DNA of 64,000 bases from Sminthopsis crassicaudata. Its lineage: Eukaryota. Location of the stretch: NCBI RefSeq assembly GCF_048593235.1, contig NC_133617.1, positions 46,337,767 to 46,401,766 on the forward strand, written 5' to 3'. The position numbers and the translations under genes were made by a program. The notes under the pieces are model-generated. The model was not told the origin of the DNA. It worked only from the letters and a program-made list of their open reading frames with translations, and made no database searches. How positions within the stretch are numbered: position 1 is the first letter of the stretch; each line of letters opens with the position of its first letter. This document shows positions 25,131 to 64,000 of this stretch, piece by piece.

Positions 25131-25234
25131 TTTGTCTCATGAATTTCCTCACACTGAGTTCATCTTCTTTAAATAGATTGTTATTTCAACAGCCCTTTTG
25201 ATCTGGTTTTTAATTTTTCTTTTGAATAAGTAAT

Positions 25235-25470
25235 CAGGCAGGTAGCACGGTAGAAAGAATGTGGACTTGGATTCCGGAAGACCTGTTCGAGTCCTGGCTC
25301 AGACACTTCCTAGCTGTGTGCCTCCCTTCACCTCAATTTCCTCATCTGTAAAATGGGAATAATTGGGAATAATGATAATATCTGCTTCAGAGTTGTGAAG
25401 ATCAATCAAATAAGTTAATACATTTAAAGTCCTTTGCAAATCTTAAATTATTGTAGAAATTCTAGCTGGT
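25235..25470 (+). mobile_element. MIR-family SINE
   Basis: gtagcacggtagaaagaatgtggacttgg..cctcaatttcctcatctgtaaaatggg. Confidence 0.75.
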
Positions 25471-26465
25471 ATGACTCTTAAATTTTGCCCTCCAGTGACT
25501 ACCTTCTGGTGTTCTTCACAGACATTCCACTTGGCCCCAGTAGCCCCAGTGATGCCCAACTGCTTCCCTGTCATAGTCCAATGTCTCCCAGATCCACCAG
25601 TGAGGCTATTTGCAGCCTCGTGTCTGTCAGTAATTTCCCAGTATTTCCAGTAATATTCCAGTCACCCCCCAGTAGTTTGCTTGGGATGTCTTCTGACAAG
25701 GGGGAGGGGAAAGGGAGGGAGCCCTCTTAAGAGGGGGGGGATTGGGCAGAGACTTCCTCTCCTCTGGATTTTCTCATGACTAGCCAGGATTGGACATCTG
25801 CATCTCCTGTGGTGACTGCTCTTGGGCAGTTGGGGTTCTCGCCCCCGTGGAATTTTCCCCCACATTTCTGTGAAGCCCTGGGCTCTGGGGATTTTCCAGG
25901 GCTGCCCTGGGCTGTGGGGCCAGGAGGAAGTGACTTCTTATTTCAGCTCTGTGGCAGTCTCATTCTCTGTGGCTGTGTTCCTCTTGGGACCTGAGAGCCG
26001 GGGATGTGTGGAGGGAGCGGTGCTGGGAGGTTGGGTGCCAGGGCTCCCTTTCCTTCCTCCACCTGCCTGGCCTCCGTTGCCCCATTCCAGAAGAGGAAGA
26101 AGGGGCTGTCCTTGATGGGGATTTGGGAGCCGGCCCTTAGCGGCTAAGACCCGTGAAGTTATGGGAGGAGTGTGGGGTGACTTACATTGCCACTGAGAAG
26201 CAGGGTGCTGGCTTACGTTGCTTCTGGGTCCTAGGGCTCAGGTTGGGCAGCCCCACCCTTTCCTTACCTTGCCCCGGCCTTTGTCCTCTCCCTTCCCAAC
26301 CACCTGCCTGCGGCTGCTCTTCTGGCTATGTGTCAGGACTTAGGGCAGCCCTGGGGGGCCAGCCCCAGCTTCCACTGCCGTCTCACCTGTCCTGTTCCCT
26401 GGCCTCCCAGGGCCCCACAGGGCCACAGCTGGGCCTCAGAGGCAGCTCCGGAGCCAGCGGCAGAC

Positions 26466-60510
<34,045 letters not shown>

Positions 60511-60723
60511 GCCCTCTCTGGAGAGGATCCATCCTCCCATCTTGGGAGTGACTCCAGGACCAACTGGGCCTCAGCGGAGGGAAGGGCGGGGATGGTCCCC
60601 AAGCACCAGCCCTAACCCCCCGCTCCTCAGCACTTACACTGGACCCGGCACTGGACTGAGTTGCCCTGGGGCACGGTGGGGGGGCCTGCACTGAATTGAC
60701 CCCTGTCCTCCCCCCTCTCCCCA

Positions 60724-60729
60724 AATAAA
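60724..60729 (+). terminator. PNPLA6 polyA signal AATAAA
   Basis: AATAAA about 214 nt after the stop codon. Confidence 0.85.
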
Positions 60730-62249
60730 CGCTCATAGCTTCCTCTCTGCTTGCTGCTGCCTCCTGGACCCAGGACTGTGGAGTCTTCCCAGAGCCCCTT
60801 TCAGGCAGGGGCTGGGCGGTTATTCACCAAGTGGCCACAAGGGGGCCACTCTTCTCCACCACTGAGCTGCCCATGGTCCCGTTCAGGCAGGCTAGGATTT
60901 GGGGCACAGATGGAGCCTTGTTTCGAGGCTCACGGCGACTGGGCTATGGAGACGGGACCGAGGCAGGGGAAGAGAATGTGGGGATCTCAGCCCAGCCAGG
61001 CCTGCTGAGGGCCTTTCCTTTCTCCACATCATTTCTGGGGTCACCTGAGGGGGCCAGCAGGTCATAGATACCCAAATTCAGAGGACTGCATCAGCAAGAA
61101 TGACTGGGAGTGCTCCCTGCAGGCCCACGGGGCCCAGGGAAGCCTCCAGAGAGGGAGAAAGGCTTTGCTGGGCAGAGGAGCTGGGGGGGGTGGGGCGGGG
61201 GGGGGGGGTGCCAGGCTTGGTGAGAAAAGGGAGGAGGCTACTGCTGGGGGCTACAGCTCTGCGGCCTCAGGAAGTCAGTGTGTGAGCCAAGCTGGCTTGT
61301 CTTCTTGGGCCCGGGCACCTCTGCTCCTTGCCTAGTTACCTGTTAACTTTCCCCTTCCTCCTGCTGCTACCCCTACAGTGGGGGATCCTAGTCTAGCTTC
61401 CACCCTGTTTCCTATAATCCCTGCCCTTCGCTGTACACACTGTATACCAGAGGTACATTGTTTTTTGTAAAGATTTACCTACGAGGGACGTTAGCCAACT
61501 TACAGATTCAGAAAGAAGGCACTGGCACAGGGTGATGAGGAATGTACATCAAGGAAAATGACCTACTTCCAGCCTGGGTGGTGCCCGAAACTTTCCTATC
61601 TATTCTATCTAGCTCAGGTTCTCCAAGCCTAGGGTAATCTCTGGTTTTCTCTAAACTGAATTCTCTAGTTGCCTTTCAGAGAATGGTGTTTGCCACCCCC
61701 AAATATTCCACACTCCGAGTGGGAATTCACCCACATGAACTGCAACATCCAGGCCCAGCTCGGGAGCCACTCAGCCAATCAGGAAGCCTCCTGATGGAAG
61801 CAGCTGGCTTGGGGGCTTTCTGCCCACATTCTTCTACAATCTAATCACTATCTCCCTCATTCCTCTGATAGAGACAGACAAGGAAAGTTAAGCGGTTGAT
61901 GAGACGCTTCCCATCGTTTAAAAAAAAAAAATCAGAATAATAGAACTTCATTCACATGGTGAGAGGCAGATTGGCGCAACAGCCAGAGAGCCGGCCAGAT
62001 TGGGGCCCCAGGCATATAATGGCTCTGCATGTCGCTTGTCCTCAAGATTGCTAGGCAGCTAAGAAATTTAATTTGTAGACAAGGTGCTGACCTTCATAAA
62101 CATCTTCCTTGTCTGTTTTTTATTGTTGAATTTCTGTGCCTGGATCAGACCCTGGGTCTGGTTTTTAAAAATGGCCCAGGTCATCTGCAGTGCTCCCAAA
62201 TGATAGTCTTGTTCAAGAGGCTCTGTGGTATTAGAAGAGGCTGGACCTA

Positions 62250-63110
62250 GAAAGCAGAGACTTGGCTTTGAGTGAGTGTGGGACCCTGAGCAAATTACTC
62301 AAACTCATTGTGCCTCTGTTTCTTCACCTGTAAAACGAGGGAAGAAAATGATTCATTATCAAGCTCCGGCGCTGTTGTGCAGAAAGTCCTTTATAAATTA
62401 CAAAGCGCCATAGAAATGTGAGTTCTTGCTGTTATTACAGGCAAGACGTAATTAAGCCTGTGCGTTAATAGAAAGATTATTCTGGCATCAGTGTGAAGGA
62501 TGGGTCTGAGCAGGGAGAATGTGGAGTCAGGGAGACCAGGCGAGTCTATTGTAATAGTCCAGGGGAGAGGTAAGAAAGGAGGCCCTGAATTAGGGTGGGG
62601 GCCGTGGGAATGGAGAGGAAGGATGGAAAAGATACTGCAGAGATAGAATCAGCAGGACTTGGCAAAAGCTTGATTGTGGGAAGTGAGAAGGAGGGCTCAA
62701 GCCCTGAAGTTTCAGGTCTGGGTAGCCAAGAGGATGGTGCAATGAACAAAATAAAGAGGGAAGCGACCATGTTAATCAGGGAGGATGAATGTGGTTTTGA
62801 ACCTGCTGCGTCTGTGATAGCGGGGACTCCCCCATGTCTGTCAGGCAGAACAGAGGGCAGAGAGGTAGGGTGAGTGGGACTGATTTGGCCAGCCTCTAGG
62901 TAGGAGTGATAGTTAAAGCCATGAGAGTGGATGAAATCACTGAGGGAGAAAGTGTTGGGAGAGAAATAAAGAAGCCTGAGGGGAGCACCCTGCAGAAATG
63001 CTTAGGAATTGAGAGAATGAGGAAAGACTGGAGAGACAATCGAAGAAAGGGAGCCAGGGAGAGGCCACAGGAAACCGAGGTCAGAGGGGAGTGGGATGAT
63101 CTAGCACGGT
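62250..63110. mobile_element. MIR plus L2 fragments (intergenic)
   Basis: tgtgcctctgtttcttcacctgtaaaac core; L2 ctattgtaatagtccagg..agatagaatcagcaggacttggc. Confidence 0.6.
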
Positions 63111-64000
63111 TTGCCTGGCTGGTTTAGCCTAGTTCCACCTGCTAGAACCCGGGTGTCCTTCCTCCTTGGCTGGCCAGACCTTGCCCCTCACAGTCCAGGG
63201 GCCCCACAAGAAGTCAGAGTGGGAAGGGCCATACCATCCCTGGGCAAGAATTCTCTTTACAGCATGCTCACAAATGGTCATCATACTTTGAAAATCTGGG
63301 AGGAACACTCTGTCTCTTACGGTCACCTTAGGGAGCTTTCCCTTCCCCCTAATGACTTCTACCTGGTGCTCTAGCTGTGCCCTCTACAACCAGTCTTATC
63401 TTCTTTCACATGACGGCCCTTCTGACACGGAATAGCAGGCCTCTCCCCTGAGTCTGCTCCAGGCTAAATCACTCCCCCCCAACCCAGTTCCGCCCCTCCA
63501 GAGGGCTCTTTGCTCTTTCTCTGGAATGTATCTTTAGGGACTTTAAAGTCCCAGGAAAGAAATCAAAGCATTTTTTAAAACATTTGTAGAATTTCTCTTC
63601 TACCAGGTGAAAGTTGGGACTTTGGAAGGAAAAGAAAGGCACAGGAATTGAAGCATTGGAGATTATCTACCTCTTCATATCAATATTGTCTAAATGTGAT
63701 GGCAAATAATGTGTGAATACATTCATACATGTACACACACACACATATATAAATGAATGAGTATATGTGTGTAGTGGCAAATTAGTTTTTCTGGATATGG
63801 CTTGGGGTACTTGAATGATGGGCTTTTCCGATCCAAGAATATATTTGGCTGGAGACTTGTCAATATTCAGGTTAAAGTGTAAGCTTGATTCCTGTGAAGA
63901 ATACTAGGTGGGGGCACAGGAAGAAAATTGGAGATGGACAAGGTGCCTCATGGGGAAATAATTCAAGAGAGTTGAGAGCAAGGCTTCAGAATCTTAAGGA

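Noticed and set aside
63690-63780. Hairpin-like atacattcat...atgaatgagtat with CA/TA repeats
   Set aside because: Explained by simple dinucleotide repeats; no miRNA or snoRNA hallmarks

Overview
Mammalian genomic DNA carrying three head-to-tail, plus-strand protein-coding genes in the order known from human 19p13.2: ZNF358, MCOLN1 and PNPLA6 (neuropathy target esterase). The repeat content (Mar1- and WSINE1-type SINEs, marsupial L1/HAL1-like elements, OC1-like hAT MITEs) points to a marsupial, probably an Australian dasyurid; this is inference. Exons were reconstructed by hand from splice sites, phase continuity and remembered human protein sequences: ZNF358 (2 coding exons, 680 aa), MCOLN1 (14 exons, 575 aa), PNPLA6 (34 coding exons, 1332 aa, plus optional exons). 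The main finding is a tandemly duplicated, intact 117-nt exon pair in PNPLA6 (58288-58404 and 58500-58616). Both copies encode the patatin catalytic-Asp segment, one as DGG with a GC donor and the other as DGC with a remodelled loop, which suggests an active-site swap by mutually exclusive splicing. The surrounding introns hold candidate QKI/RBFOX motifs and a possible competing RNA-pairing element. Other notable items: an N-terminal ZNF358 coding exon missed by the ORF track, an acidic Tyr-repeat ZNF358 tail, a PNPLA7-like two-exon N-terminus of PNPLA6, an inverted MITE pair flanking two exons, a full-length ORF1-only L1 derivative with a 14-bp TSD, and a solo LTR with a 6-bp TSD. Repeat boundaries are approximate unless a TSD is quoted. 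Comparisons to human proteins are from memory, not from database searches.
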